Shown one piece after another: positions 9,991 to 20,751 of a stretch of DNA of 64,000 nt (within the stretch, counting starts at the first letter, position 1; the number at the start of each line of letters is the position of its first letter). The DNA is taken from positions 1,568,001-1,632,000 of the forward strand of contig CAXXKT010000001.1 of the NCBI GenBank assembly GCA_963662405.2. The letters run 5' to 3'. The notes under the pieces are model-generated. The model was not told the origin of the DNA and did no database searches. It saw nothing but the letters and a program-made list of their open reading frames with translations. The position numbers and the translations under genes were made by a program. Source of the DNA: Syntrophales bacterium (GTDB lineage: Bacteria; Desulfobacterota; Syntrophia; Syntrophales; UBA2210).

Positions 9991-10485
9991 TTATAACCGG
10001 ATCTTGGCCATCATCTCCCGTGCGAATGTAGCGGCATCTTCCATATCTCCCTTGTCGGGGTGACCCTCGGCGCTCTGCGCCTCTTCGGCCCAGGTCTTGT
10101 GTTCCGGCTTTTGCATCAGTGCATCGATGATATTTTGATCCACGCGTCCCCGGCACCCAAAATGGCCAAGTATCGTTGCCCGTGAGGCGAGGCCGATGGC
10201 GTGATCGAACGCCTGCTTCGGCAGCCGGCCCCCGCGAAGGGAGCCATGGGTGGAGAAGAAGGCTATTTTTTGTCCCGCGGGGAGTCCCGTAATAAAGGGT
10301 TGAGCCTTCTCCGGGACGCTGTGAGCGAGAACCGGAAACCCGCAGAATATTATCTCATATCCGGCCGAAGTTTCCACATTCCGAATCGGCTTGAGCTCTT
10401 TGGCGGTGGGGATGACGTCGTATATCGCATGAGCGACTTTTTCCGTATTGCCTGTTTGTGAGTAGTACGTAACCAGCGTTCTCAT
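9991..10485 (-). CDS. Flavodoxin-family protein
   Basis: YYSQTGNTEKVA FMN-binding loop, FFSTHG. Confidence 0.88.
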   Translation of the reverse strand: MRTLVTYYSQTGNTEKVAHAIYDVIPTAKELKPIRNVETSAGYEIIFCGFPVLAHSVPEKAQPFITGLPAGQKIAFFSTHGSLRGGRLPKQAFDHAIGLASRATILGHFGCRGRVDQNIIDALMQKPEHKTWAEEAQSAEGHPDKGDMEDAATFAREMMAKIRL

Positions 10486-10724
10486 CCTCTCTCCCTTCGT
10501 CTCAGCAGTTTAAAAAAGAATTCTAACGGTTTTTCGAGCGCACCGCAAGCATGGGTTTTCATGTGGGGGCGGACCATTTTCCCCACTGAAATATCCTTGA
10601 CTCGCCTGCGTCTTATTCTTATACTTGCTCGGACTGCGGGGAGTTCTTGCCACAAGTTTTTTTCCGAGTACTGATAGCGTTACTGTTGCATCGATTATGG
10701 GCCGGGAAGGAGATTTGGGAGAAG

Positions 10725-13700
10725 ATGATTGATCGATCGCAATCATACGGCACGGAAAAGCAGGAGCAGGGTCCCGGAACGAGCGATATGTCCGGTCTTC
10801 CGGAAGTCATCCTGTCGCATGTCGGCGTCGGCATCTATATCGTACAGGATGGCGTGTTTGTGTATACCAGTCCGCTGTATCAAAGGATGACCGGTTATTC
10901 GGATCCCGATCTCATCGGTCGAAACTCCCTCGATTTTCTTCACCCCGACGACAGGACTTCCGTCAGAGACCATGCCACCGAAATCCTCAAGGGAAAACGC
11001 TCCGAACCATACGAATACCGATTTATCAAAAGCGATGGTGAAACGATGTGGATCCTGGAGATGGTCACCTCTGTCGCGTATCACGGCAAGCGGGCCACCC
11101 TGGGGAGTTTCATGGATATCACCGAACGCAGACGGATACAGGAGATGCTCCGCCAGTCCGAGGAAAAGTACCGGGCTATTATCGACAATATCCAGGACGG
11201 TTATTTCGAACTCGATCTTGCCGGGAACCATACCTTTTGCAACGGCGCCCTGTGCGAGATTCACGGGTATCCCAAAGATGAATTGCTGGGGATGAACAAC
11301 CGGCAGTACACCGATCAAACGAACGCAGAGAAGGTGTTTCATGCCTTTCGTTCCATCTACAGGACTGGAGACCCCGGCAGGGTATTTGATTATGAGATCA
11401 TACGCAGAGATGGCACCAGGAGACAGGTTGAGGTGTCGGCATCGCTCAAGAAAGACGCTTCCGGTACACCGATCGGATTCAGTGGGATTACCCGGGACAT
11501 CAGTGAACGCAAACAGGCAGAAGAGGCGGCTCGCCGCAGCGACGAGAGGGCCCGAAGTATCCTCGACTCCATAGAGGATGGCTACTGGGAGGTGAATCTT
11601 GAAGGACAGTTTACTTTCTTCAACGACGCCATGTGTAGAATGTCGCATCTGTCACGGGAAGAACTCCTGGGCACAAATCTCTCCACCGGTGCCGCGCCCG
11701 AGGCGGCGGAGAGGCTGGCCGAGGCATTTCGGGAGGTCTCCCGGACCGGTGTCCCCCTTCAGCTGGCCGACTACGGGATAACGAGGGGAGACGGAACGAG
11801 AGGTACCTATGAGATCAGTGCCTCGCTGATGAAGGATCAGGCGGGAGGGGCAATTGGTTTCCAGGGCATCACCCGTGACATCACGAAACGCAAAACGATG
11901 GAGGACCAAATCCGTCACTCCGAGGAGCGATACCGCACCATAGTGGAACAGATGGAGGACGGATACTTCGAAACGGATCTCCGTGGTCGTATGACCTTTG
12001 TGAATGACGCGGAATGCAGGAATATCGGATTTTCCCGGGAAGAATTGATCGGGAGGGACAGCCGATTATTCGCCGATAAGGACACCTTTCAAGACCTTTC
12101 AAACGCCTTTGCAGAGGTTTACCGGACGGGGATACCCGTTCGGGCGCATGCCTTCGCGGTTACCCAGAAAGGCGGGTCAGAGGCCTTTCACGAGATATCC
12201 GTTTCCCTCATAAAAGATTCGGAGGGAAAACCGACCGGATTTCGCGGCATCGCCAGGGATGTGACCGAACGGAAGGTCATGGAGGAGCAGATACGCCAGT
12301 CCGAAGAGCGGTATCGTACCATTATCGAAGAGATGGAAGAGTGGTATGTGGAGGCCGACCTGGCCGGGACGATTCTTTTCTGTAACGATATCTTTGCCAC
12401 CGGTTTGGGACATGCTCCCGGGGAGTTGGCGAGGGTAAATTTCCGTCGGTTCGTGAGACGGGAGGCGGTCGAGGCTATCTACCGGGAATTTCATAATGTC
12501 TATCAAACGGGCGAACCCTCCCGGAATTTGCCCTATGAGTTTGCACGGCCTGACGGCAGCACAACCTCCACCGAATTTTCCATTTTTCCAAGACGAAATC
12601 ATGAGGGGAAGATTGTCGGGTTTCGGGGGGTCGGACGGGACATCACGGAGCGCAAACGCGCCGAAGAGAGGATTCAATATCTCGCCACACATGATACCCT
12701 GACGGGGCTTCCCAATCGTTTGATGTTCGCCCAGCACCTGAACCATGCCATCCAGGCAGCCCGCCGGCACAAACGGCGGCTTGCGGTCCTCTTCTTTGAT
12801 CTGGACCGCTTCAAGGTTGTCAATGATACGCTGGGGCACGAGGCGGGTGATCAACTGCTCAGAGCGATCGCCGTGCGTTTGAGAGAGCGGTTGCGGGCGG
12901 TCGATGTCATCGCCCGTCTGGGGGGGGGATGAATTCGTGATCCTGGTCGAAGAGGTGGGCGATGAGGAGCAGGTCATCACCGTCGCCCAGCATGTCCTTG
13001 CGGCTATCATAAAACCGATTATGATTATGGAACAGGAGTGTCGCATAACGGCAAGTATCGGTATCAGCATCTATCCCCAGCACGGCGAGGATGAACAGTC
13101 ATTGATGAAAAATGCCGATATAGCCATGTACTTCGCCAAGGAAGAGGGAAAGAACAATTATCAACTGTACTCCACGGATATCAAGACCCAATCGATCGAA
13201 CGCCTCTCGATTGAGACGAATCTCCGCGAGGCACTGCAACGAGACGAATTTTCCCTCCATTACCAAGCCAAGCTGGATTTCAAGACCGGGGCGATTACCG
13301 GTGTGGAAGCCCTGCTTCGTTGGGACAACCCGGCTCTCGGTTCGGTCACCCCACTGCAATTCATACCGGTCGCTGAAGAAACGGGGTTGATCGTTCCCAT
13401 CGGCCGCTGGGTCCTGAAGACTGCCTGCGCCCAGAATATCGACTGGCAGCGCCAGGGCCTTCCCCCTCTCTGCATGGCGGTGAATCTGTCGCTGCGCCAG
13501 CTGACAGACGAGGGTCTCCTGAGCGACATCCAAACGACACTCGGGGAAACCGGGATGGCACCGCATCTGCTGGAACTCGAAATTACGGAAAGTATGGTCA
13601 TGCACGATCCTCCGCGCATGGTCAAGATACTCTCCGAAATCAAGAAGATGGGTGTACGACTTGCCCTCGACGATTTCGGGACCGGATACTCTTCTCTTGC

Positions 13701-13971
13701 ACAGCTCAAGCAATTCCCGATCGATACCCTCAAGGTGGACCGGTCCTTCATCAGAAATATACCGAATGATTCGGAAGAAAACGCGATTACCGAGGCGATC
13801 ATTTCCATGGGCAGGATCCTCGGCCTGACCGTTGTTGCTGAAGGCGTTGAAACACGGGATCAGATGGATTTTCTGCGGAAGAGGGCATGTGACGAGATGC
13901 AGGGATTTTACTTCAGCAAACCCATCCTTCCCGACCAGTTCGCCCGACTGATGGAAGCCCATAAACCGTAA
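10725..13971 (+). CDS. 5xPAS-GGDEF-EAL c-di-GMP enzyme (apparent +1 frameshift in G9 at 12920-12928)
   Basis: Five PAS/PAC units ending D(I/V)(T/S)(E/K)R; HDTLTGLPNR, DLDRFK, RLGG/DEF split across frames; EALLRW, DDFGTGYSS. Confidence 0.92.
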
Positions 13972-14149
13972 GTGATCGATTGGATGGGTATATCCCGAGG
14001 CATACCGAAGAAAATAAGATAAGGGGATTGTTCCCCGGAGGTGAGGTGCTCGTCCCGGTCTGATCAACCGACAGGATGACGGCCCACTCGAGGATCATGG
14101 TGATCCTCCCGCAGTGAACGGTGTGCGATATCCCTGGTGGTCGCCGGCC

Positions 14150-16570
14150 CTATGCCGACCTGTCGTGGCGCCGGGTCAGTCTTTCGACCACCCGGATCGC
14201 CTCTACGCCGTCTCTGGCGTAATGGGCACCGATCGACTCCGCGTACGACTTCGTTACCACCGCCCCACCGACCATGAATCGGCAGTCGAGAGAACGTTGC
14301 CGCGCCAGTTCAATGACCTCCTCCATCTTCACCATGGTGGTGGTCATCAGGGCGGAGAGGCCGATGACGGAGGGATTGATACGGGCCGCTTCATTGATGA
14401 TCACCGCGGTGGGGACATCCTTCCCCAGATCGGTCACCTCAAAACCGTGGTTTTTCAGCATCAGGGCAACGATATTTTTCCCGATATCGTGGACATCCCC
14501 CTCGACCGTCGCGATCACAATCCGCCCTTTTTGCCTCTCCGGTGCCCCGGCATCGGCAAGGTGAGGCTCCAGGAAGGCGATCCCCCGCTTCATTGCCTCC
14601 GCGCTCGCGATCAATTGGGGAAGGAAATATTCCTTCCGGTCGAAAAGGACGCCGACCTCTGTAATCGCGGCGATCATACTCCCGTCGACGATCATCCGCG
14701 CCTCTTTCCCCGCCTCCATTGCCTGAGTAATAACGGCCTCTATACCGTCTTTGTTTCCCTCCATGATTGCCTGAAAGACGCGGTCCTCAGGGGTGCTTTT
14801 GTCGGTGGGGGGAGGTTGTTCGCCCGGCGCGGTTCTGCGCGAGAAATGGCCAATGTAGGCCGTAGCGTCTGTGTCCCTCCCCGCCAGGAGATCTGCGGCG
14901 ATGGCGCTGTTCATCAACTCTTCCACGCCGGGGTTGGCGATTGCCATGGTCAACCCCTTCGAAACCGCCATGGCGAGGAAGGCGGCATTCAGCCACGACC
15001 GCTCCGGCATCCCGAAGGAGACGTTGGAAAGACCGACAATGGTGTTGACTTTGAATCCGGCACTGGCCCACTCGACCGTCCGGAGGGTCTCCGTCGGGGC
15101 CGTCAGGTCGGAAGAGGCCGCCATGACGAGCCCGTCGATCACGATGTCATCCTTGGTAAACCCCCGTGCCGTGGCCTTTTCAAATACCTCCTCGACGATG
15201 AGCTTCCTCTCGTCGGCTGTTTTGGGGAGAGCCCCTCCGGCCAGGGGGAGGAGGATAAACATCGCTCCATACTTCGCCGCGACGGGGAGGAGCCGCTCCA
15301 GCTTCTCCCGCTCCCCCGATATGGAGTTGATCAGTGCTCGACCGGGATAGAGACGGAGCGCCGCCTCAATCACATCGCTGTCGGATGAGTCGATTACCAG
15401 GGGCAGATCGGAGGCCACGGAGAGGGTCCCGATCACCTCAACCATCATCTCCTTCTGGTCGATTCCCGGCATCCCCACGTTGATATCGAGAAGCGAGGCC
15501 CCGTTCTGTTCCTGTTCCTTCGCCATGGTCCTGACGCGTGACATCTTTCCCTCGCGGAGTTCCGCTTGGAGATCCTTTTTCCCCGTGGGGTTGATTCGTT
15601 CCCCGACGATGGCGAGGGGGCGGTTTCCTTCGAGGATGACCGATGATCGTGCAGAACTGACGGCACTGATGGCTTCCCGTACCGGGGTGAGGGGAGATGC
15701 CCCGGCGATTTCATTTTTCAATCGTCGGATATATTCCGGAGTGGTGCCGCAGCACCCACCGAGGAGATTGGCGCCTCTCTCCACAAACTGAGTCGCAAAC
15801 GACGCAAACCGCTCCGCTCCCATGTTAAAACAGGTCACGCCGTCGATCAGCTCGGGCATCCCCGCGTTTGGTTTTGCCACCAACGGTACCGTGGCCCATG
15901 GTTTCATCGCCTTGATGATCCCCAGCATCTCCTCCGGTCCGGTGGAGCAGTTGCAGCCGACGGCATCCGCCCCGAGGCTCTGGAGGGTAATCAGGGCTGC
16001 GACGGGATCCGTTCCGTTCAGTGTCCTGCCGTATGTCTCATATGTCATGGTGACGCTGGTGAAGGCGTCGGTCAGTTCCTTCACGGCGATCAGGGCCGCC
16101 CGGGTCTCTTGAATATCGATCATCGTCTCGATGGTGAAGAGATCAACCCCCCCCTCGAGAAGCCCCCGCACCTGTTCCTTGTAAATCGAGACGGCCTCTT
16201 CGAAGGCCAGGTCGCCGAAGGGCCTGACAAAGCGCCCCGTAGGACCGATATCGCCCCCGATGAGGACCCCATCACCCCCCGCGCGGCGCGCCAGGAGGGC
16301 CAGTTCTCGATTGACCCGGGCAGCATCCCGCTCACCGTACTGGTTGAGCTTGACACGATTCGCCCCGAAGGTGGCCGTGAGAATGATGTCCGCTCCCGCA
16401 TCCCGATAAGAGGCGTGGATCCCCTCCACGATCTCCGGGTTGCCCAGGCACCAGAGCTCGGGGCAGACCCCCGCCGGCATCCCCTTCTTTTGAAATTCCG
16501 TCCCCGTGGCACCGTCCAGTATGATAACCCGCTCTCGGATCTTTTTCTTGAGTGATGTATTCTCTTCCAT
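14150..16570 (-). CDS. metH: Cobalamin-dependent methionine synthase core (Hcy, pterin and B12-binding domains)
   Basis: LDGATGT, GGCCGTTP, GERINPTG, EGDVHDIGKNIV. Confidence 0.93.
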   Translation of the reverse strand: MEENTSLKKKIRERVIILDGATGTEFQKKGMPAGVCPELWCLGNPEIVEGIHASYRDAGADIILTATFGANRVKLNQYGERDAARVNRELALLARRAGGDGVLIGGDIGPTGRFVRPFGDLAFEEAVSIYKEQVRGLLEGGVDLFTIETMIDIQETRAALIAVKELTDAFTSVTMTYETYGRTLNGTDPVAALITLQSLGADAVGCNCSTGPEEMLGIIKAMKPWATVPLVAKPNAGMPELIDGVTCFNMGAERFASFATQFVERGANLLGGCCGTTPEYIRRLKNEIAGASPLTPVREAISAVSSARSSVILEGNRPLAIVGERINPTGKKDLQAELREGKMSRVRTMAKEQEQNGASLLDINVGMPGIDQKEMMVEVIGTLSVASDLPLVIDSSDSDVIEAALRLYPGRALINSISGEREKLERLLPVAAKYGAMFILLPLAGGALPKTADERKLIVEEVFEKATARGFTKDDIVIDGLVMAASSDLTAPTETLRTVEWASAGFKVNTIVGLSNVSFGMPERSWLNAAFLAMAVSKGLTMAIANPGVEELMNSAIAADLLAGRDTDATAYIGHFSRRTAPGEQPPPTDKSTPEDRVFQAIMEGNKDGIEAVITQAMEAGKEARMIVDGSMIAAITEVGVLFDRKEYFLPQLIASAEAMKRGIAFLEPHLADAGAPERQKGRIVIATVEGDVHDIGKNIVALMLKNHGFEVTDLGKDVPTAVIINEAARINPSVIGLSALMTTTMVKMEEVIELARQRSLDCRFMVGGAVVTKSYAESIGAHYARDGVEAIRVVERLTRRHDRSA

Positions 16571-16577
16571 CGTTTCT

Positions 16578-17201
16578 CTATCTCTGAATCCCCATCACCG
16601 CCGTGACGGATTTTTCCGGGATGAGGATGCAGTGTTCGTTGATTATTACACCGATACGGTCAAGGCCCAGGAGGGCATACATGCTTCTCTGGCTTTCCAG
16701 GAGAAAATCACCGTACCCTGCGGAGAAGCGCCCCTGTGTCAGACGTGCCTGCTCTCTGGTCAGAAGGCGGTTGAAATAGCCGGCGACCCAGTCAAGCGCC
16801 GCATCCGTCATCTCGCTCGCCACCGCGTCGATGATCACGCCGCGCGTCATCTTCTCCCCCTGGGTGTCGCTTCGTATGGCCTCCATGACCGCATCCCCAG
16901 CGGTTGCCCCCATGAGGAGGATCTCCGTGCATCCCCTCAGGAACCGGGCGAGCCTTTTGCTCTTGAACTCATCGCCGGTTCCGAGAACAACCGTATGAGG
17001 GGTCACCTCCCTGAGGGATATCCGTCGCCCGGCCCCCTTCAGTGAGATGAGGGAGAGGGCATACTCGATATCCCGCCCGATTTCTTCCTCCCTGTGGGCG
17101 TCGATTCTCGTCGTTCCCCTCCGGTAGCCGAGACGCCGGTAGATGGCATCCCGGGGTGTCGGGATCAAGAGCGACGGGAAGATTTGCTCCATGCCCTGCA
17201 T
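16578..17201 (-). CDS. Stand-alone methionine synthase reactivation domain
   Basis: RFSAGYGDF, LIPEKSVTAV; adjacent to metH lacking this domain. Confidence 0.85.
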   Translation of the reverse strand: MQGMEQIFPSLLIPTPRDAIYRRLGYRRGTTRIDAHREEEIGRDIEYALSLISLKGAGRRISLREVTPHTVVLGTGDEFKSKRLARFLRGCTEILLMGATAGDAVMEAIRSDTQGEKMTRGVIIDAVASEMTDAALDWVAGYFNRLLTREQARLTQGRFSAGYGDFLLESQRSMYALLGLDRIGVIINEHCILIPEKSVTAVMGIQR

Positions 17202-17210
17202 CTTCCCTCC

Positions 17211-19277
17211 TCAGGAGCGGGAAATCAATTTTCTTGCGGTTTCAATCACATGCTGCACGGTAATGCCGAACTTTTCATACAGGACCGAACCGGGGGCGCT
17301 GGCTCCGAACCCATCCATGCCGACAATTGCCCCCTCATGGCCCACGTAGTGTTCCCATCCCAGCCGGATCCCCGCCTCCACGGCCACGCGCGCCTTCACC
17401 GATGAAGGAAGGACCACTTCCTGGTACGCCGCCGGCTGTGCGTCAAACAGTTCCCATGACGGGAGCGAAACGACGCGGACCTTGATCCCTTCCTCTTCGG
17501 ACAGGATCTTCCCGGCGCCGAGGGCGACCTGCAGTTCAGAACCGGTCCCGATCAGGATTATCTCCGGCAGGCCGGTCCATGTCTCCCATACGGCATATCC
17601 TCCCCTGTGCAGACCATCCGCCGGTTCGTAGACTGAACGATCGATAATCGGGATGTCCTGGCGCGAGAAGACCAGCGCGGTGGGCCCGCTGTTGTTGAGG
17701 AGGGCCCGGCGCCACGCCTCCACCGCCTCCGTCGCGTCGGAGGGTCGAATTACCGTCAGGCCGGGCATGGCCCGCAGGCTCATCAGGTGCTCGATGGGCT
17801 GGTGGGTGGGGCCGTCTTCTCCCACACCGATGCTGTCATGGGTCAGAACATAGATGACGGGGGCACCCATCAGGGCCGCGAGGCGCATTGAGGGGCGCAT
17901 ATAATCCGAGAAGACAAAGAAGGTGCCGACGAAGGGGATGATCCCCCCGTGGAGCGCCATGCCGTTGGCGATCGCCGTCATCGCGTGCTCGCGGACGCCG
18001 AAGTGCAGGTTTCGCCCTTCGTATCCCCACGTATCCCCCACGGCCCCCTGGACATCCTTTGATCCCGTTCCGGGAGCCTGGAAATCACCACACCCCTTGA
18101 GCCAGGTCAGTGTTGAGGGATTGAGGTCGGCCGAGCCCCCCACCAGCTCCGGGAGGACCGGGGCGAGGGTCTGAAGGACCGCCTCGGAGACTTTCCGGGT
18201 GGAGACGGGTTTCTGCGTGCCGTCAAACACCGGGAGAAAATCCTCCCAATTTGGTGGCAGGATCCCCGCCTGGACGCGTTCGAATTGAGAAACGGCCTCA
18301 GGATCTTCATTCCTGTATTGCTCAAGGGTCGACTGCCATGCTGCCTCCTCCTTCTTCCCTTGATCGACAGCGCCGCGCATATGCCGTGTGACCTCCGGCG
18401 GGACAACAAACGGCTGTTCAGGCCAGCAGAGATGCTCCCGTGTGGCCGAAACCTCTTCCCCCCCAAGGGGGGACCCGTGGCAGGAGGCGGTCCCCTGCTT
18501 GGCCGGCGATCCGTACCCGATTACCGTTCGTACCGCGATCATTGAGGGGCGCTGTGTCTCCCCCTTCGCATTCGTGATGGCCCGGTCTATCGCCTCAACG
18601 TCGTTTCCATCCGCGACCTGTTGCACGTGCCAGCCGCACGAATCGAACCGTTTCTTCACATCCTCGGTGAAAGAAAGTCGCGTCTCGCCGGCGAGGGATA
18701 TCAGGTTGTCATCGTACAAGACAATTAATTTGCCGAGCCCCAGGTGCCCGGCCAGTGAGCAGGCCTCGTAGGAGAGCCCCTCCATCAGGTCGCCGTCCCC
18801 GGCGATGACGTAGGTATAGTGGTCCACGATCTTTGTGCCAGGACGGTTGTGCACGGCGGCGAGGTGGGCCTCAGCGATCGCCATTCCGACCGCATCACCG
18901 ATCCCCTGACCAAGTGGCCCGGTTGTCACCTCAACACCCGGGGTCACACCAAACTCCGGGTGCCCCGGGGTCTTGCCCTTCCACGTGCGAAAAGCCCTGA
19001 TGTCGTCGATGGAAAGATCGTAGCCGGTCAGATGGAGGAGGGCGTAGAGGAGCATGGATCCGTGACCCGCGGAGAGGACGAAGCGGTCTCGATCGATCCA
19101 CCCCGGGTTCGAGGGATTGTGCTTCAGGTGACGGGTCCAGAGGGTGTAGGCCATCGTCGCTCCTCCCATGGGGAGGCCCGGGTGTCCTGATCGTGCCCCC
19201 TGTATCGCATCAATCGCGAGGAAACGGATCGTATTGATGGAAAGTTCTGCCAACTGCCTGATGTCGTTATTATCCAT
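17211..19277 (-). CDS. tkt: Transketolase
   Basis: [38 protein letters not shown]. Confidence 0.97.
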   Translation of the reverse strand: MDNNDIRQLAELSINTIRFLAIDAIQGARSGHPGLPMGGATMAYTLWTRHLKHNPSNPGWIDRDRFVLSAGHGSMLLYALLHLTGYDLSIDDIRAFRTWKGKTPGHPEFGVTPGVEVTTGPLGQGIGDAVGMAIAEAHLAAVHNRPGTKIVDHYTYVIAGDGDLMEGLSYEACSLAGHLGLGKLIVLYDDNLISLAGETRLSFTEDVKKRFDSCGWHVQQVADGNDVEAIDRAITNAKGETQRPSMIAVRTVIGYGSPAKQGTASCHGSPLGGEEVSATREHLCWPEQPFVVPPEVTRHMRGAVDQGKKEEAAWQSTLEQYRNEDPEAVSQFERVQAGILPPNWEDFLPVFDGTQKPVSTRKVSEAVLQTLAPVLPELVGGSADLNPSTLTWLKGCGDFQAPGTGSKDVQGAVGDTWGYEGRNLHFGVREHAMTAIANGMALHGGIIPFVGTFFVFSDYMRPSMRLAALMGAPVIYVLTHDSIGVGEDGPTHQPIEHLMSLRAMPGLTVIRPSDATEAVEAWRRALLNNSGPTALVFSRQDIPIIDRSVYEPADGLHRGGYAVWETWTGLPEIILIGTGSELQVALGAGKILSEEEGIKVRVVSLPSWELFDAQPAAYQEVVLPSSVKARVAVEAGIRLGWEHYVGHEGAIVGMDGFGASAPGSVLYEKFGITVQHVIETARKLISRS

Positions 19278-19449
19278 GCTCTCTGTGTCAACTCCTTGAA
19301 AGATATTTAGAGGAACAACCCCGTGGGAAGGTGCGGGGAATCACCCCGCTCTCATGATACGAACATTTGGCTGCCGCTCTGCGGAAAACGCCCCCTATCC
19401 GGGCACTACTACTTGATTTGGCGGCAATTCTCAAGAAAAATGTCGGACA

Positions 19450-20244
19450 TCACGGTATGTCCTGGAACTCGGCTATCATTACGGTGTGGTCGGAGGGTTT
19501 TTCTGCGCGTCTTGGTCCCAGATCGATCCGGCAATCAACCGATTGGCCAACCATAGGGTGGGTTGCAATGATGTGATCGACACGCCACCCGAGTCCCCGA
19601 TCCAGGGCAGCGGGGACCCGGTAGTCGAAAAAGGCGAACTGCCCCGCTTCCCCCGGGTGGTGTTTTCTGAAAAGGTCGGTCAGGCCCCATGACGTGAGGA
19701 GGTCAAAGGCCTCCCATACCTCCGGGGTGAAATCGACATGTCCCATGAGTCGCCGGGGATCATGGACGTCAATCTCTTCGCGGGCGACGTTGAGGTCTCC
19801 ACAGCAGACCAAGAGATCATCCGGTGAATAGTGCCGCTCCAGGAAGGCGCGCAGGCGGGCAAACCACTCGATCTTGTATTGGAACTGGGGCAGTTCCCGG
19901 TCACGCCCCTGAGGGACGTACAGATTCAGGACCGATACCCCGGAGAAGATCCCCCTGATCAGGCGGTCGGTATCGAATGGCTCTGCATCGTCCAGACCGG
20001 ACGCAACCGCTTCGGGCTTTTCCAAGGACGCAATGGCGACACCGTTGTATCGTTTTTCACCGCTGAAAGCCACATGGTACCCGATCTCCTCGAACGCTCC
20101 CGCCGGAAATTTGGCATTCTCGACCTTTGTCTCCTGCAGGCACAGGACATCGGGGCGATTTTCCCGCAACCACGGGATGACGATGTGGAGGCGGGAACGG
20201 ATGGAATTGACATTGTAGGTCGCAACCCGGAACATAGGTATCAC
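19450..20244 (-). CDS. xth: Exodeoxyribonuclease III
   Basis: ATYNVNSIR, LQETK, GDLNVA, WRVDH, SDH. Confidence 0.95.
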   Translation of the reverse strand: MIPMFRVATYNVNSIRSRLHIVIPWLRENRPDVLCLQETKVENAKFPAGAFEEIGYHVAFSGEKRYNGVAIASLEKPEAVASGLDDAEPFDTDRLIRGIFSGVSVLNLYVPQGRDRELPQFQYKIEWFARLRAFLERHYSPDDLLVCCGDLNVAREEIDVHDPRRLMGHVDFTPEVWEAFDLLTSWGLTDLFRKHHPGEAGQFAFFDYRVPAALDRGLGWRVDHIIATHPMVGQSVDCRIDLGPRRAEKPSDHTVMIAEFQDIP

Positions 20245-20261
20245 CGTTTCATCACTGTGCC

Positions 20262-20714
20262 CTATCCGGGCATCAGGGTCTTCAGGATATCCTCCTTCCC
20301 GATAACACCGACCAATTTCCCCTGATCAATGACCGGGATGGTATGTATGTTGTGCTTGACCATCAGGGTGGCGATCTCTTCCAACTCCGTGTCACGTTCG
20401 ACCGTCACGGGATTGGTGGACATGGCCTCAGCGACGGTGACCGCCGCCATCTTTTTCAGTGCCTTTTCGATATCCCGTTGGGAGGTCAGGGGGATCAGGG
20501 CGTCGAGGAGGATGAAATAGGATGGCAGAGGGATCTTTTTCTGCTGGGTGATCAGGTCATCCTGGCAGATCATCCCCTCCAGCTTTCCGTCCTTGCCGAC
20601 AACGGGCAGGCCGTTGATGTGATGCGCAAGGAGCAGGCGGGCGGCCTGGGTAATTTCCGTCTCGGGATCAACCACGATGATATCCTTTGTCATGATGTCA
20701 GCGGCGGTGAACAT
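20262..20714 (-). CDS. CBS-domain pair protein
   Basis: AADIMTKD, INGLPVV, IPVIDQGKLVGVI; RBS GGAGGAG. Confidence 0.9.
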   Translation of the reverse strand: MFTAADIMTKDIIVVDPETEITQAARLLLAHHINGLPVVGKDGKLEGMICQDDLITQQKKIPLPSYFILLDALIPLTSQRDIEKALKKMAAVTVAEAMSTNPVTVERDTELEEIATLMVKHNIHTIPVIDQGKLVGVIGKEDILKTLMPG

Positions 20715-20751
20715 AACGTCTCCTCCCCTCATTTTTTTTCTATTGTACCTG

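Noticed and set aside
11120..12680. Recurring ~380-bp-spaced similar segments (e.g. CGCCAGTCCGA(G/A)GA)
   Set aside because: Explained by tandem PAS/PAC domains of one protein.
14114..15388. Long antisense ORFs (also 35-1171, 4270-5442, 36638-37993 and others)
   Set aside because: Shadow frames opposite well-supported genes in GC-rich DNA, without recognisable motifs.
14150..17201. Split methionine synthase as a novelty
   Set aside because: A separate reactivation domain is a known arrangement (e.g. Thermotoga-type).
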